Assembly (NCBI GenBank): GCA_951406725.2
Contig: OX597814.1
Span: 99,882,001 to 99,946,000 of the forward strand
Source: Octopus vulgaris
Lineage: Eukaryota
DNA length: 64,000 nucleotides
Reading direction: 5' to 3'
Below, in pieces: positions 1 to 14,234 of the stretch. Within the stretch, counting starts at the first letter, position 1; each line of letters starts with the position of its first letter. The notes under the pieces were generated by a model. It was not told the origin of the DNA. It made no database searches and saw only the letters and a program-made list of their open reading frames with translations. A program made the translations under genes and the position numbers.

Positions 1-37
<37 letters not shown>

Positions 38-575
38 CATGTATACGGACAAGTAAACGTTACTATGCATGTATGCTTATATGTATATGTGTATAATGTA
101 TTCTTATATACTTTTGTAAACGTTTATATACACTCACACGTGGGCGGACACATGCACAAACTTAAATGCTTATGTGCATACATTTATATATGTATACTTA
201 TACACTTAACATGTACAGTCATATATATATACATCCATTCATACATACATACATATATACAACCACACATATTTAGAAATAGACATATATATATTATATA
301 TCTGTTTTTCTGTGTGTATATATGTATTTATGTATTATTTATCTATTTATGTATTTATGTATTACGTATCAGGCTTTGCTAGAAATAAACAATCCTGCTG
401 GACAGACCATAAGTTTCGAATAAGACCATGCCCGTACTTGACTATGATTGAATGTCTTCCAAGAAGTAATCCATTCACTAAGATATGTTCACTCAAGTCA
501 TGAAATCCTGTTACATATCTCCTCCATTCACAGTATAATAAAGTACCTATTTTTCTGAGCTATGATTTCACCCAT

Positions 576-681
<106 letters not shown>

Positions 682-1292
682 GTGTGTGTATATGTATGTA
701 TCCATGTATGTATATACTTTTTTGCTTTTTCTGAACTACTATCTATTCTTGTTCATCGCTTACAAGAAAGGTAAAAATAGATCGGCTGAAACGATTGTTA
801 GAAAGAGAAAATACGTATAATGTGTATATGTATAAAATCAGAAAGTAAGTGACCGCTTGCCTAAATAAAAATATAAAAAGCAAAAGAAAGGTATAAAATG
901 TGTGGACAGTATCTGGAATCACGATATGCGCTTCTAACTCAATACGGATATATTTAACTGCTTTCGGCTACATCCAGCCATTCATTCTTTCCTGAAAGGA
1001 CTTCCCAAGTGTTTTTGCATAACTTACGTTGTTTTCTGTGATATGGAAACGCAAAAAAGTGTCAACGTTTCCATACTTATCTATCTATCTGTCTATCTAT
1101 TCAGACATCGATACACACGCATGCACACATACACATACAAAGACACACACATATGCATATATGTCTATGTATATATATATGTGTGTGTTTGTGTGTGTCT
1201 TCATACATGCATACATATGTGTGTGTATATATATATATATAAAGATATAAATATGTATACATACATGTACATAGGTATACATATATATATAC

Positions 1293-1332
<40 letters not shown>

Positions 1333-1400
1333 ATCCTTACACATCCACATACACACGCACACAAACACAGACAGACAGACAGACACACACACACACACAC

Positions 1401-1441
<41 letters not shown>

Positions 1442-1879
1442 TACATATATATTTATATGTGTGTGTAGTGTGTGAATACGTGTGAGTTTCTCTCTTTTAC
1501 TTCCGCTGACCAATCTATAACGCAAAAAATTAGCAGACAAGCACAGACAACTTAAAAAGCATCATTCAGTGTAGCGTAGAATGCTTCGTGAGCAATTGTA
1601 TCTTGGTGCGACAATGCTATTTCTTATTTGGACATTGGTATTCTGTATCAGTCGATCGGAAACGGAAAGGGCGTGATGTATTCACAGGATCCTTGTGCAG
1701 TTTTTTTTTAATGTTATTTTTATTCGTCTCGTGTAGTCATTGACCACATCGCCTTAAAGGAAGTTAAAGGAAGTTTTAACCGCTGCTTCATGGTGTGATG
1801 AACTCTTAGAAATAAGGATCTAGGAAATGTAAAGATTGCTTTACGTAAGAAAACGTATGGTGAAACATACGTGCGCATA

Positions 1880-1933
<54 letters not shown>

Positions 1934-1964
1934 CATGCATATATGAATATATTTTGACATATAA

Positions 1965-2001
<37 letters not shown>

Positions 2002-2062
2002 CACACACACAAACACATATATTCATATATATATACATGTATGTATACATACCCATCTATAC

Positions 2063-2093
<31 letters not shown>

Positions 2094-2099
2094 TGTATG

Positions 2100-2154
<55 letters not shown>

Positions 2155-2743
2155 GTATCTATCTATCTATCTATCTATCTATTTAAGCATGCATATAAAC
2201 GCAAAGTTCTGAAACGAGAAGCGAGCAGAAATTGGAGAAATAATCGGGGCGGAAAGGTAAAAGAAAAAGCATTAGCCATGTTCTGTGTATATTTTCGACG
2301 TTTTCAGAAGAATTTCGAATTAATCAATCCATTACCACATATAAATGAATAAACATTGCGATGTGATTCTACACTTACACGAACGTTGTTAAAAGGGATA
2401 CGAGACCATGTAAAACTACTGCAGCCTTAGACCATGAAGACCCGAAGATGCAAAAACAACATCAAATATGAAAGTAAAATACTTGCGGGAACAAAGGAAA
2501 TAAGATAAGGAGTTGAGGACACGATTTTGAATTTTAGATTTGTATGACTGAAAGACCATGCACAAACGAATAATTCAAAATAGTGATGAAGGAATCAATA
2601 AATAGGTATTAGTTAACACATATTGATTAGATTTACTCCTGTTTACCCACTTGAAGTTAATACATACAGGCACACACATATATATGTATGTATATATAAG
2701 CATCATACATTTGTATGTATATATATTTATATATATATATATA

Positions 2744-3049
2744 TCACGTGATCACGTGACCGACCAGACCATCAGATGTTGTTACACATCGCTGGTCACA
2801 ATGCGTTCGCATTGTTTTAGCCTTCGAATGACGCCACCCCGCTGGCTAAGCGAGCAGGCCAACAGACGAAAGAGTGAGAGAAAGAGTGGTGAAAGAGTAC
2901 AGCACGGATCACCACCCCCTGCCGGAGCCTCGTGGAGCTCTTAGATGTTTTCGCTCAATAAACACTCACAACGCCCGGTCTGGGAATCGAAAACGCGATC
3001 CTGCGACCGCGAGTCCGCTGCCCTAACCACTAGGCCATTGCGCCTCCAC
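2744..3049 (-). mobile_element. tRNA(Arg)-like SINE family C, tail type a (TCACGTGA repeats)
   Basis: Minus-strand head GGAGGCGCAATGGCCTAGTGGTTAGGGCAGCGGACTCGCGGTC..TTCGATTCCC; inserted in (TA)n. It may correspond to the Octopus OR-type SINEs (not verified). Confidence 0.85.
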
Positions 3050-3067
3050 ATATATATATATATATGC

Positions 3068-3200
<133 letters not shown>

Positions 3201-3220
3201 TATAGATGTATAACGTACGT

Positions 3221-3508
3221 AAACGCCCTTTTCAAGCCTAGCCAGGCCCGGTTTTCCAGTTTCTGTGGCGTATGTGTTCCCCCAAGTAGACGGGGCGCAA
3301 GTCCATCGCAGCGTTGCTCAAGAAACAGGAAGAGAGTGTGAGAGAAAGTTGTGGCGAAAGAGTACAACAGGGATCCACCAGCACACCCTGCAGGAGCCTC
3401 GTACAGCTTTCAGGTGTTATCGCTCAATAAACGCCCGGTCTGGGAATCGAAACCGCGATCCTCCGACCGCGGGTCTGCTGCCCTATCCACTAGGCCATTG
3501 CGCCTCCA
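3221..3508 (-). mobile_element. SINE family C, tail type b (GAAAAGGGCG)
   Basis: Same head and mid-body as 2744-3049 with a different 3' region. Confidence 0.85.
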
Positions 3509-3937
3509 CACACAAAGACACGCACACAAACACACACACATATATGTATTTATGTATGCATGTATGTATACAGATATACATGTGTGTGCTTGTGTGTATC
3601 TATGTATATGTATGCATATGCACGTATTTAGCAAAGCTTTTCTTCTAATTTTCATGAATTTATACAAGTTCAGCCTGCCATATTGTATTCCGGTTTACAT
3701 CATGCATTGGGAAGACTTCTATAAGTTTGGCGGGGAGACTAAGTGAACAGTTGTGGGAGTATGACAGGAAACAGTCAGCAATACTCTATAGCATGCCTGA
3801 AATCAACATGGCAGCATGCTGGACTGAATTCACATCGATATTTTGCCTAAATACTCAAGAGACCAATGGCTTAGGCAAATACTCGAGAATGTTCTCATAA
3901 ATGAGACCTTATCAATACTGAATAGAAAATATAGACA

Positions 3938-4316
3938 GGCGCAGGAGTGGCTGTGTGGTAAGTAGCTTGTCTACCAACCGCATGGTTCTGGGTTCAGTCC
4001 CACTGCGTGGCACCTTGGGTAAGTGTCTTCTACTATAGCCTCGGGCCGACCAAAGCCTTGTGAGTGGATTTGGTAGACGGAAACTGAAAGAATCCCGTCG
4101 TATATATGTATATATGTATATGCGTCTGTGTGTTTGTGTGTCTGTGTTTGTCCCCTAACATTGCTTGACAACCGATGCTGGTGTGTTTATGTCCCGGGTA
4201 AAAGAGACCGATAGAATAAGTACTGGGCTTACAAAAGAATAAGTCCCGGGGTCGAGTTGCTCAACTAAAAGGCCGCAGTCAAATGACTGAAACAAGTAAA
4301 AGAGTAAAAGAGTAAA
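3938..4316 (+). mobile_element. tRNA-derived SINE family A (young copy)
   Basis: A-box-like GGAGTGGCTGTGTGG, B-box-like GGTTCAGTCCC, CCTTGGGTAAGT body, internal TA/TG microsatellite and (GTAAAAGA)n tail; many homologs in the window. Confidence 0.9.
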
Positions 4317-5122
4317 GGGAGTAGTTATAGATGGTCAACGCCATAGTGCCACCCGCGCAATTTGCATACTGGGAGCACACATGTGGTTAGGCGGGCATGT
4401 ATGAGGTGGTATAGACAGGCATATATATAATACAGGTAAGCCCATCCAATGAAATATTTTTCAATATGTTCATTTCCAACATATATCCATAAATATACAC
4501 GTTCGTGCATGCATGTAAGCATAGGTAGGTACAGACCTTGGGGTGACAGCAGGATACGGGGGAATTCATACAAATGAATACGTATAACTATGGGTAGTTT
4601 CTATACACGCCCATATACATTCATGCGCGCGTGATTACTTCACCTTAACCCCTTATCCGGGCAAACGCACAACTACTTAAACACATACAAGTATGCATAT
4701 ACGCAGGCATAAGGCAAAGTCACAAGCAGACTCGGAATTGATCCTGGGGAGGGGGGAGAAGGAATTCACTGAGTAAATGAAAATGTTTCGAACAGTGACG
4801 AACATTCGATTGAGTAATGTGGCGTTGAGTTCTTTAGCAAAACACTTCATCTCAGGCTGCTCTGCGAAATCTCTTCAACTTCTAATGTGAACATGTACAA
4901 GTAATGTCAATTTGATGGAGGGTGCGAGATAATATATAGCACAAACATTTGTGTTACAAACAAATCATCTACGTATGCTGTTCAACAAGATATTACAGAA
5001 GCGTCTTTCCCGAACTAGAAAGACACTATTAAGACACGTACATATCCATATATATAAAACTCTCTCTATATGTAAATGTGAGAATGCATGTATATGTATA
5101 TGCATATGCATGAATGTATGCA

Positions 5123-5220
<98 letters not shown>

Positions 5221-5249
5221 AAAGACTATATATATACATATAAAAGACT

Positions 5250-5298
<49 letters not shown>

Positions 5299-5324
5299 TA
5301 TACGTGTATGTGTGTGTGTGTGTA

Positions 5325-5646
5325 TCTATTATATAAAATCCGTTCTGGCTGTGTGTGTGTGTCTTCTAGGATCTCGAGCATCCTCCATCCGATTGAGCTC
5401 AAATTTGCTGCGTAGATACCGACGGTATCAGGGCATGTATAAGTCTTTAAAAATTACAAAAGTTGATTCCAGATGAGAATGCGATCGATAAAACCGTGGG
5501 AACGTGCATTTGTACGCGCAAGTACATCAGCTGTTGCGAGAAAAATGCACTGAGTCTCAAATTTAGGTTAAATCAGTGTTTCTCAAAGGGGAAGCCTATG
5601 AGACGGTCGACAAGTTGTTTCGAGAAAATTTGGTTTAAATGTTTGA

Positions 5647-5650
<4 letters not shown>
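5325..5650 (+). mobile_element. Possible non-autonomous Helitron 5' fragment
   Basis: A|TCTATTATATAAAA start, GT microsatellite and CCGATTGAGCTCAAATTTG motif resemble non-autonomous Helitron 5' ends. No 3' CTRR end found. Confidence 0.4.
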
Positions 5651-5688
<38 letters not shown>

Positions 5689-6344
5689 GTGTGTGTGTGT
5701 GTGTGTGTGTATGCGTGTGTGTGACTATTTATCGCACAGCACTGCTTGACAACAGATGCTGGTGTGCTTATGTCCGCGTAACCTGGTGATGCAGCAAAAC
5801 AGAGCGATAGAATAAGTACCAGGCTTAAACAATAAGTGCTGGGGTTGGTTAGATCGGATAAAATTCTTCAAGGCCTTGCCCTAGCATGGCCGAAGTGAAA
5901 TTACTAAAACATGCACGAGAAGGATATATGTCTATCTTTGTTTATGAAACATTACACATTACTTTCGTTTTCCCCACTAGCATTAAAACCACATTTTCTC
6001 TTTTAGAACCTACAAAACGAACACCCTTGTATATTTTGATAAACACTGTCACTGGTGTTGTCTGAAATCCTGCGCATTAACATGTAGTGTTTGTTTAAAA
6101 TATAACCCTTACATCGATTCCTTGTATAACAAGAGATCCATTACTACTGAGTTTCCAAGGATGGTGGGTGTAGAGTATTTCACAGCTAACACTGGCGGCC
6201 ATGTATTTATAAATACATGTTGTGTATGTGTGTGTATATATATATATATGCACATACATATACATATATATATAAATACACATACACGCATGCACATACA
6301 CACACACACACACACACGCACACAAACACACACACACATATACA

Positions 6345-6560
6345 CGAGGCAGTGCTGAAACGTTCCTGGCTTTGGGCAAAAGAAAATACTGGAGAATCTG
6401 TAAACAATTTTTTTTTCAACATGTTCCCCTCTCAGATTTACACACTATTGCAGCGGTCCTTCAGTTTCTCTAAGCTCTGTAAAATAACTCGAAAAATTGA
6501 GCTCCAGCTAGACCTTAAACACAATTCCCTTAAAGCCAGGAACATTTCAATACATTCTCG
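6345..6560. mobile_element. Mariner-derived MITE
   Basis: TIRs CGAGGCAGTGCTGAAACGTTCCTGGCTTT and AAAGCCAGGAACATTTCAATACATTCTCG followed by TA. Confidence 0.7.
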
Positions 6561-6760
6561 TACATAAGCACATACTCGCACACTTACACACATAAACACA
6601 CTCACACACACACAAACACATATGTATATTATGAAAATGAGGCGAAGAAAGACACAGCCACCAAGAGCTAACAAGTAATAGAGTCTGTGGTTGGTCGATA
6701 TATTGCATATATAAATGTATGAAATCGCGACGAGAATAACAAACTTAACATTTTCGTTGA

Positions 6761-7022
6761 GAAGCGCATGGCCCAGTGGTTAGGAAGTTGCACTCACGAT
6801 CGCTAGATTGTGGATTCGGTTTCCAGACTGGGCGGCGTGTTGTGTTCTTGAGTAAATTCATTTCGTGTTGCTCCTGTCCCCCGTTCCGATCAGAGGAGAT
6901 TTGACCAGTTCACCTAGCCAGTGGCATGGCTGCACTTCAAAGCTAAAACAACGAAGAAAGCGCATTGTGGCCAGCGATATATGACAACATCTGGTAGCCT
7001 GTTTGGCCACGTGATTACGTGA
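6761..7022 (+). mobile_element. SINE family C, tail type a
   Basis: GCGCATGGCCCAGTGGTTAGG head; tail ends CCACGTGATTACGTGA. Confidence 0.78.
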
Positions 7023-7040
7023 CTCATGTGGTGTGTGTGT

Positions 7041-7071
<31 letters not shown>

Positions 7072-7105
7072 CATATATACACATATATATATATATATAT
7101 ATATG

Positions 7106-7167
<62 letters not shown>

Positions 7168-7209
7168 GCTGTCATGTGCTTCTCTCTCTCCATCTCTCTC
7201 TCTCACTCT

Positions 7210-7246
<37 letters not shown>

Positions 7247-8105
7247 TCTAGTATTGATCTGTCTATCTATTCATCCATTAATCTATGTTTCCACACACAG
7301 AGTAGACATAAATGGGTACATGCATAAATGGGTATATACATATACATATTATTATACATACACATGTATGCATACGTATGCATATACAGATCCACACTAA
7401 ATACATACGCCTCACGCAAATATATACAAGCACGTGTCTATATGCGGTATGTATGTATGTATAAAGTATGTAAGTTTGTATGTATGTGTGTATGTATAAA
7501 GGTGTTTGTGTCTGAATGTATGAATGTATGAATGTATGTATGTACGGACGGACGGACAGAGAGAAAGAAACACAGAGTTGTCAGCAAAAAAAAAAATTTA
7601 CAAATAAGAGAGGAGGGACTAATGTGTATTATTAGATTGTTCGCTCAGTAAAAAAAAAAAAAAAATGAACAAACGAAAAGAAAAAAAAATGTAATACAGC
7701 AAAAAACAATAAAGAAAGCAAACGAAATATCTTGGCGTAACCGAAATAACACTAGTAAGTATCGAATTAATAAGAAACAAACAAATTTCAGAAAAAAATA
7801 TCACCCTCGTCGTCGTTTTCCCATCAAGCATAATGTAAACATCTCTGGTGTGATATACGAACCTCCGCCAGTCTGCTTCGTTTGACGACCGAGAAATGAT
7901 GCTATCATTCAACTTACTGGTGAGAAATCAGTAAAAGTAAATAAAAATCTTCTAATTTTCTAACGACACACATAGAGTTTTTGTTCTTCACACAGACACT
8001 GTGTACTTACTTGAAACTAACTAATGTGAGTCGAGGTTTTGGGTGTGTATGCATGTTGGTACAAATTTATAGGCGGACATATATGGATATGTATGTATAT
8101 ATACA

Positions 8106-8155
<50 letters not shown>

Positions 8156-8327
8156 TATATGTATATATATATATATACATATACATGGATATATATATAT
8201 ATATACATACATGCACAGTTGTATATACATATTTTGTATCATATATATTTACTACAAATATATGTACGCATACGTATAGCTAATATATATGTTGTATCAC
8301 TATCTGGCTATCAATCAACCAATCAAT

Positions 8328-8392
<65 letters not shown>

Positions 8393-8402
8393 TAGACAAA
8401 TA

Positions 8403-8444
<42 letters not shown>

Positions 8445-8526
8445 TGTATGCATGTCTGTCTCTATGTAAATATAAATATATCTATATACTTGTCCCGCCA
8501 CCTCTCACATATACATACATTATTAA

Positions 8527-8575
<49 letters not shown>

Positions 8576-8611
8576 TATATAATGTATGTATGCATACACA
8601 CACACACACAC

Positions 8612-8699
<88 letters not shown>

Positions 8700-8715
8700 A
8701 GAAGACAACTTAATA

Positions 8716-8778
<63 letters not shown>

Positions 8779-9376
8779 CATATATATGAGAGGTGGGGGT
8801 TTCTGGGTGTGTTACTTGTGCGATTGTCCTGTAATAATGTCTTTCCTTGCTATTTGCTGTGTGTACGGGAGTGTACATATGCCCGTGTGTCTGTATGTAT
8901 ATGCTTGTGTTAGTCTCTGCGTGTGAGTATGTATGTAAGTGGTTGTATGTGATGTTTTTTTTTTACATATATTAGAATTTCTGTATTGCTCTGTTGCTCT
9001 TTAGTCATATTTGTAATTGATATGCAATCGCATATGTTAGACCGTGTATTTCCATCTATATATATTCATATCTATGTGTGTTTATGTGTGTGTGTGTGTA
9101 TGTGTGTGAATGTACGTGTGTGTTGTCTGTCTGTTTGCGTGTGAACATGTGTTTGTGACTGTAAATTAGCTGAGTAGAAGTATATATCACTGTACTTGTG
9201 TAATGGTTTTTATTTATGTATTTACATATAAGTTGTATGTGATAGAATGTGAAATTTTGTTCTGCTATTTTCTGTGTTTCATTGGAATCTAACAAACATA
9301 CATAGCACTACTCTTTTAAAAATTTTGTAGCAAAAGAATATGTAAATATTTATCGGCATGTGTGTATGCACACATA

Positions 9377-9401
9377 TATCATCATCATCATCATCATCAT
9401 C

Positions 9402-9482
<81 letters not shown>
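9377..9482. repeat. Compound (ATC)n(ATT)n microsatellite
   Basis: Direct inspection; explains the poly-N/poly-D and poly-L/poly-S ORFs. Confidence 0.95.
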
Positions 9483-9486
<4 letters not shown>

Positions 9487-9542
9487 CGAAATGCATGTTC
9501 AAATACAAATAGGATACATATAGCCACACTAAAGAAAGGTCA

Positions 9543-9604
<62 letters not shown>

Positions 9605-9605
<1 letters not shown>

Positions 9606-9774
9606 CCCCCCCCTTTTTTTTAAAATTTTATTCCCCCCTTTTTTCGTCCTCTTTCTTTCCCTTTACGATCCCTTTTGATCGAAAACCAAACCCCCTTTTT
9701 TTACTCCCAAAAGAAAAGCTCTACCTTGTAATTTGTCCTGTCTGTGTGCAGCCCTGTGTGGCTAATAAAGAAAC
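9605..9774 (+). mobile_element. Probable LINE 3'-UTR fragment inserted in (TATC)n
   Basis: Unique pyrimidine-rich 170 bp ending AATAAAGAAAC, flanked by (TATC)n. Its last 42 nt match the SINE B tail at 34/42. Confidence 0.55.
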
Positions 9775-9782
9775 ATATCTAT

Positions 9783-9823
<41 letters not shown>

Positions 9824-9926
9824 CATCCATCTTTCCATCCATCTTTCTATCTATCTATTTATCTATCTTTCTCTCTCTCCCTCTCCCCCTCTCTCTCTCT
9901 ATTTATATATTCTTTTATTCTTTAAT

Positions 9927-10323
9927 TCTTTTATTTCAATCATTTGACTGAGGCTATTCTGGAGCACCGCCTTAAAGGGGTTCTTAGTAGAAGAAGTGGA
10001 ATCTAGGACTTATATTTTGTAAGCACACCAATTATTCAATCGCTATCTCTTACCGAACCGCTAAGTTACAGGGACGCAATCACAACAAAATCGGTTGTCA
10101 AGCGATGTGGGGAGAAAAATACAGACATAAAAATACTGATTCAATATATATAAGTATATATATATATACACGGCGGGTTTGTTTCAGTTTCCATCACTTA
10201 CATGGCCTTCGTTGGTCAGAGGCTATAGGAGAAGACACATGACCAAGATGCCACGCAGTGGGACTGAATCTGGAATCATGTGGTTAGGAAGCAAGCGTCT
10301 TACCACACAGCCACACCTACGCC
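9927..10323 (-). mobile_element. SINE family A
   Basis: Reverse-complement homolog of 3938-4316. Confidence 0.85.
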
Positions 10324-10339
10324 TGTATATATGCTATAT

Positions 10340-10568
10340 GCGGCGAGCTGGCAGACACGTTAGCGCGCCGGGCGAAATGCTTAGCGGTATTTCGTCTGTC
10401 GTTATGTTCTGAGTTCAAATTCCGCCGAGGTCAACTTTGCCTTCCATCCTTTCGGGGTCGATGAATAAAGTACCAGTTTCGCACTGGGGGCGATATAATC
10501 GACTCAATCTCTTCGTCTGACCTTGTTTGTCCCCTCTGTGTTTAGCCCCTTGTGGGTAGTAAAGAAAT
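10340..10568 (+). mobile_element. tRNA-derived SINE family B (Meta/RUDI-like central domain)
   Basis: GGCGAGCTGGCAGA head, GTTCAAATTCC B box, GCCTTCCATCCTTTCGGGGTCGAT..AAGTACCAG domain and AGCCCCTTGTGGGTAGTAAAGAAA tail. Confidence 0.88.
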
Positions 10569-11122
10569 ATATATATGCGACTGTATATATGTGTGTGTAT
10601 GTGTGTGTGTGTATAGGTCTATCCATATAGCGCCAGTATATAGCCTATACATAGTGGAAATGTTTAATACAACCTTCCACGCACAGGTTTCTTTGTGCCT
10701 CTCTGCTTCTCTTTCTTTGTCTTTCTTTAACCTTCTCTCTCTCTCTCTTTCTATTTCTCTTTCATTAATTAATCAAATCCGAAGCATATACACATATATA
10801 TGAAAGTATATATACATAATGCGATTGTGCGTGCTTGTCTGTAAAACGATGTACGTGGGTGTAAATGTAGTTATGTGAGCGTGTCTATTTGTATAAACGC
10901 ATGTAAGTGTTAAAAAACGAATACTGAATTCATTGACTTAACCTTCTCAAGTGGAATTTTAAACATTAAGTAATGTTTTGGTTACTCGACTGATAAGATG
11001 GCGGGTACAAAATTAACAACAGGCCAAAACGATAACAGCCACTACAATAACACTAACAATAAGTCAAGCAAATAAAATCTAAAAATAAATATATACGTGC
11101 CTGGTGTGTGTGGGAGTGTGTT

Positions 11123-11162
<40 letters not shown>

Positions 11163-11234
11163 CATTTCTATATATATATGTGCGTGTGTATATGTATAAG
11201 CACACATATAAATACATACATATATGTATACATA

Positions 11235-11311
<77 letters not shown>

Positions 11312-11724
11312 TTACATATATATATCATATATCATATATATTAACATATACACATATACATTTACATATATATGTATATGTACACATATACATATACATA
11401 TAAATATACATAGATATATACATATATACATACACGCACACACACGCATACATGGAATTATATTAAGATAAGTTTGTGTTTTCATAGAATCTAAATATTG
11501 ACACAGAATACATTTAGCCACAAATCCTGGTGTACTGGTTATTGTAGTCATATCTGAGATTGAAAGCAAAGCAGAGTTTTTATCTGTTTGTCTACGATGT
11601 AGATATAGGCGTTTAAGTCTCCTTAAATTCCAAAAGAGTTTCTTATTTTTCCCATCGTTTTATTACTAAATTTATTTTTGAGGGAACATGTGCTTGTCTA
11701 TCCACATTCACACACGCACACATA

Positions 11725-13082
11725 CAGGGTGGAGCAGAGAGTGGACGGACGTTTTTGTAAAATTCACAAAATCATTAAATTTTGCTGCAAGCAAATTTTA
11801 TTGACATCAGCGTGTTCGTATTGAATAAGCACTTGTGAAAATCAACTATGGACAAGAACATCCATCATGTAGTATCCGTCTTCATTGATGCATTTGTGAA
11901 GGCGTTCTTGAAAGTTAATTCTCACTCTCTTCTGCATTGCTTTGTCAATTTGGACGACTTCCACGCGAATAGCTTCCTTCTAATAATCTAATGTACGAGG
12001 GTTATGTGCATACACAAGTGCCTTGATGTTTCCCCACAAGAAATAATCACACATGGACAAATCGGGGGGCCGAGGGGGAGAAAGGAACGTCAGCAAACCT
12101 GGAAATGAGGCGGTCACCGAAGAGAGAGCGAAGAACATCCATTGATGCTCTGGGTGTGTGGGTCGTTGCTCCATCCTGCTGACACCACACACATCGAATA
12201 AGCATACGTTTTCGTCGTAATTAAGGCACAAAGAAGTTGTTTCATTTCGATGTAACGCTCGGAGTTCACAGTAACAGCATTTCCATTATTGTCTTAAAAA
12301 AATGAAGGATCTATGATGGCTGCTTTTCCAGCAGCACACCAGACCGTCACTTTTGGGCTGTGCAGTAGTCTTTTGTACAGTTCTCTCGGATTTTCAAGAA
12401 CCCTATAATGACAGTCTTGTTGGTTCCCCATGCCACTGATATGAAAATGAGCTTTACCACTCATTAACAAAATGAGGTTTTCATTTGCCTCAAAAATTGC
12501 TTCCACCTGGCGTGCGAAGTTAAGCCGCTGTGCATAGTCCCATGGTTTCAACTGTTGCCCAATTACCAATTTGTACGGGTGGAAATGCAGGTCTTCATAC
12601 AAAATACACCTTACCGATCGATTATTGATGCTAAGTTCAGTAGAATGCCTGCGAGCAGAGCGATTCGGACTCCGTATCAAAGCTTGTCTGACGCGTTCCA
12701 CATTTTCCGGGATCCTTACCGTTCGTGGCGCCCCCATCAATCTACCATTCATCAGTGTATTTTGTGTACGAAGTACATTCACCCAACGTAAGATTGTGTT
12801 ACGGGTGGGAACAGTCTGATTTCAGTGAATGTTGAAGTGACGCCGAAACTCACACTGAACAGCTGTGACAGACTCATTATTCTTCACGACTCATTATTCT
12901 TCACGTAACTGTCATAGGCAAACACACGATGCTCTATCGTCTACAGCGCCAAAGCTTCACCTAAAAAGAAAAAAAAGTACTAAGACACCACGGATCGAAG
13001 GGTACCTGTCGGACATATGTCCCTCCCACTGGGTCTGAATAATAGCCATTTCGAAAACGTCCGTCCTTACTGCACCAACTTG
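11725..13082 (-). mobile_element. Tc1/mariner superfamily DNA transposon (Tc3-like/DD37D-type transposase), decayed
   Basis: Imperfect TIRs CAGGGTGGAGCAG..GGACGGACGTTTT and AAAACGTCCGTCC..TGCACCAACTTG, with TA at the left end. Peptides PRTVRIPENVERVR..SPNRSARRHS, LHFHPYK, MSGKAHFH, KVTVWCA and PPRPPDLSMCDYFLWG. Confidence 0.88.
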
Positions 13083-13381
13083 TGTATGTTGAACATATAT
13101 TAGAAATATAGTGATTTAAGATACACTATACGGATTCTCTGGGATGCATCGTCAAATATGCTTTGCGGCTTCAGTGGGACTTCGGGTCTTTCTGCATCAG
13201 TCACCCTCGCCCATTTGACTCAACCAGATTTGATCAAGTTCCGGCTTGCATATCGATAACAAAAACCTGAAGCCACCGAGAAGCCTTCTCTGTAGGGTCA
13301 ATAATCGATTTTAATACCCTCTTATTTGCTGCGCCATGCGTAATTATATATGTATGTGAGTATGTATCCATATATGTATGA

Positions 13382-13418
<37 letters not shown>

Positions 13419-14234
13419 CATATATATAGACATATACATATATATGTATGCATATGTGTACATATATGAATAAACACACATGTATATGTGTATATAATAG
13501 AAACGTGTGTTTACAGTGTAAAAATTTACAACGCATGTATTATGCACATCATATTTATCTCTTTCATATATATATATATATATATACATACACGAGCTAG
13601 ACTGCATCAATATAGAACTCATAGCAACTTAAATTACTCCGTGCTTTTTTTTCAAAAGGCATATATCCAAAGTAAAATGTGCATCGGGTTTCGCGAAGCA
13701 CTCATCAGAATCTACTTTATTTCTTACAAAAGTACCATCCTCATCTGATAAATGCAAAATCCCGTAATTAAAGAATACTAGTAGAACCACTGTCACTATC
13801 ATCACTTCTTCCACAGCAGCAGACAACAGCCAACTTGAAAACAATTTGTTGAACAACTACCGACTTAACCAATACTGCCATTTCTACTGCAACAGTGAGA
13901 TCCTTCACCACGGAAGGCATTAACAACAGCAAATCCCACAAATATCAAAACTTGTAGCGAGATATTTTAATCAAGAGAATATTCTTACTAATGCAGCTCT
14001 AGTCACGGGAAGCTTAGAGCTGAAAATGAAATACTTTAAGAAGGAAAATAATTTCTCAAAATAACTGAATGAAGGGTAAATTTAGCAGTGCCCTGTCATG
14101 CAATCGACCAATATAATCGATGTTGTGGGACTTAAAATTACAGGGGCTTTAAAAGTTGTCAGATTGAAAGCCCACCACAAAGGGTTTAGAGTCTCATTGT
14201 TTGGAGCCAGAGTGGAAACAGAACGTTGACGCGC

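Noticed and set aside
3938-4010. tRNA-like sequences with A/B boxes (also at 2980-3049, 10340-10425 and others)
   Set aside because: They lack a complete cloverleaf and continue into repeated SINE bodies; these are SINE heads, not tRNA genes.
13140-13290. Inverted repeat GGCTTCAG/CTGAAGCC and a CTGATGC motif
   Set aside because: Only 8 bp of pairing and no valid GAAA/stem arrangement; insufficient for a ribozyme or MITE call.
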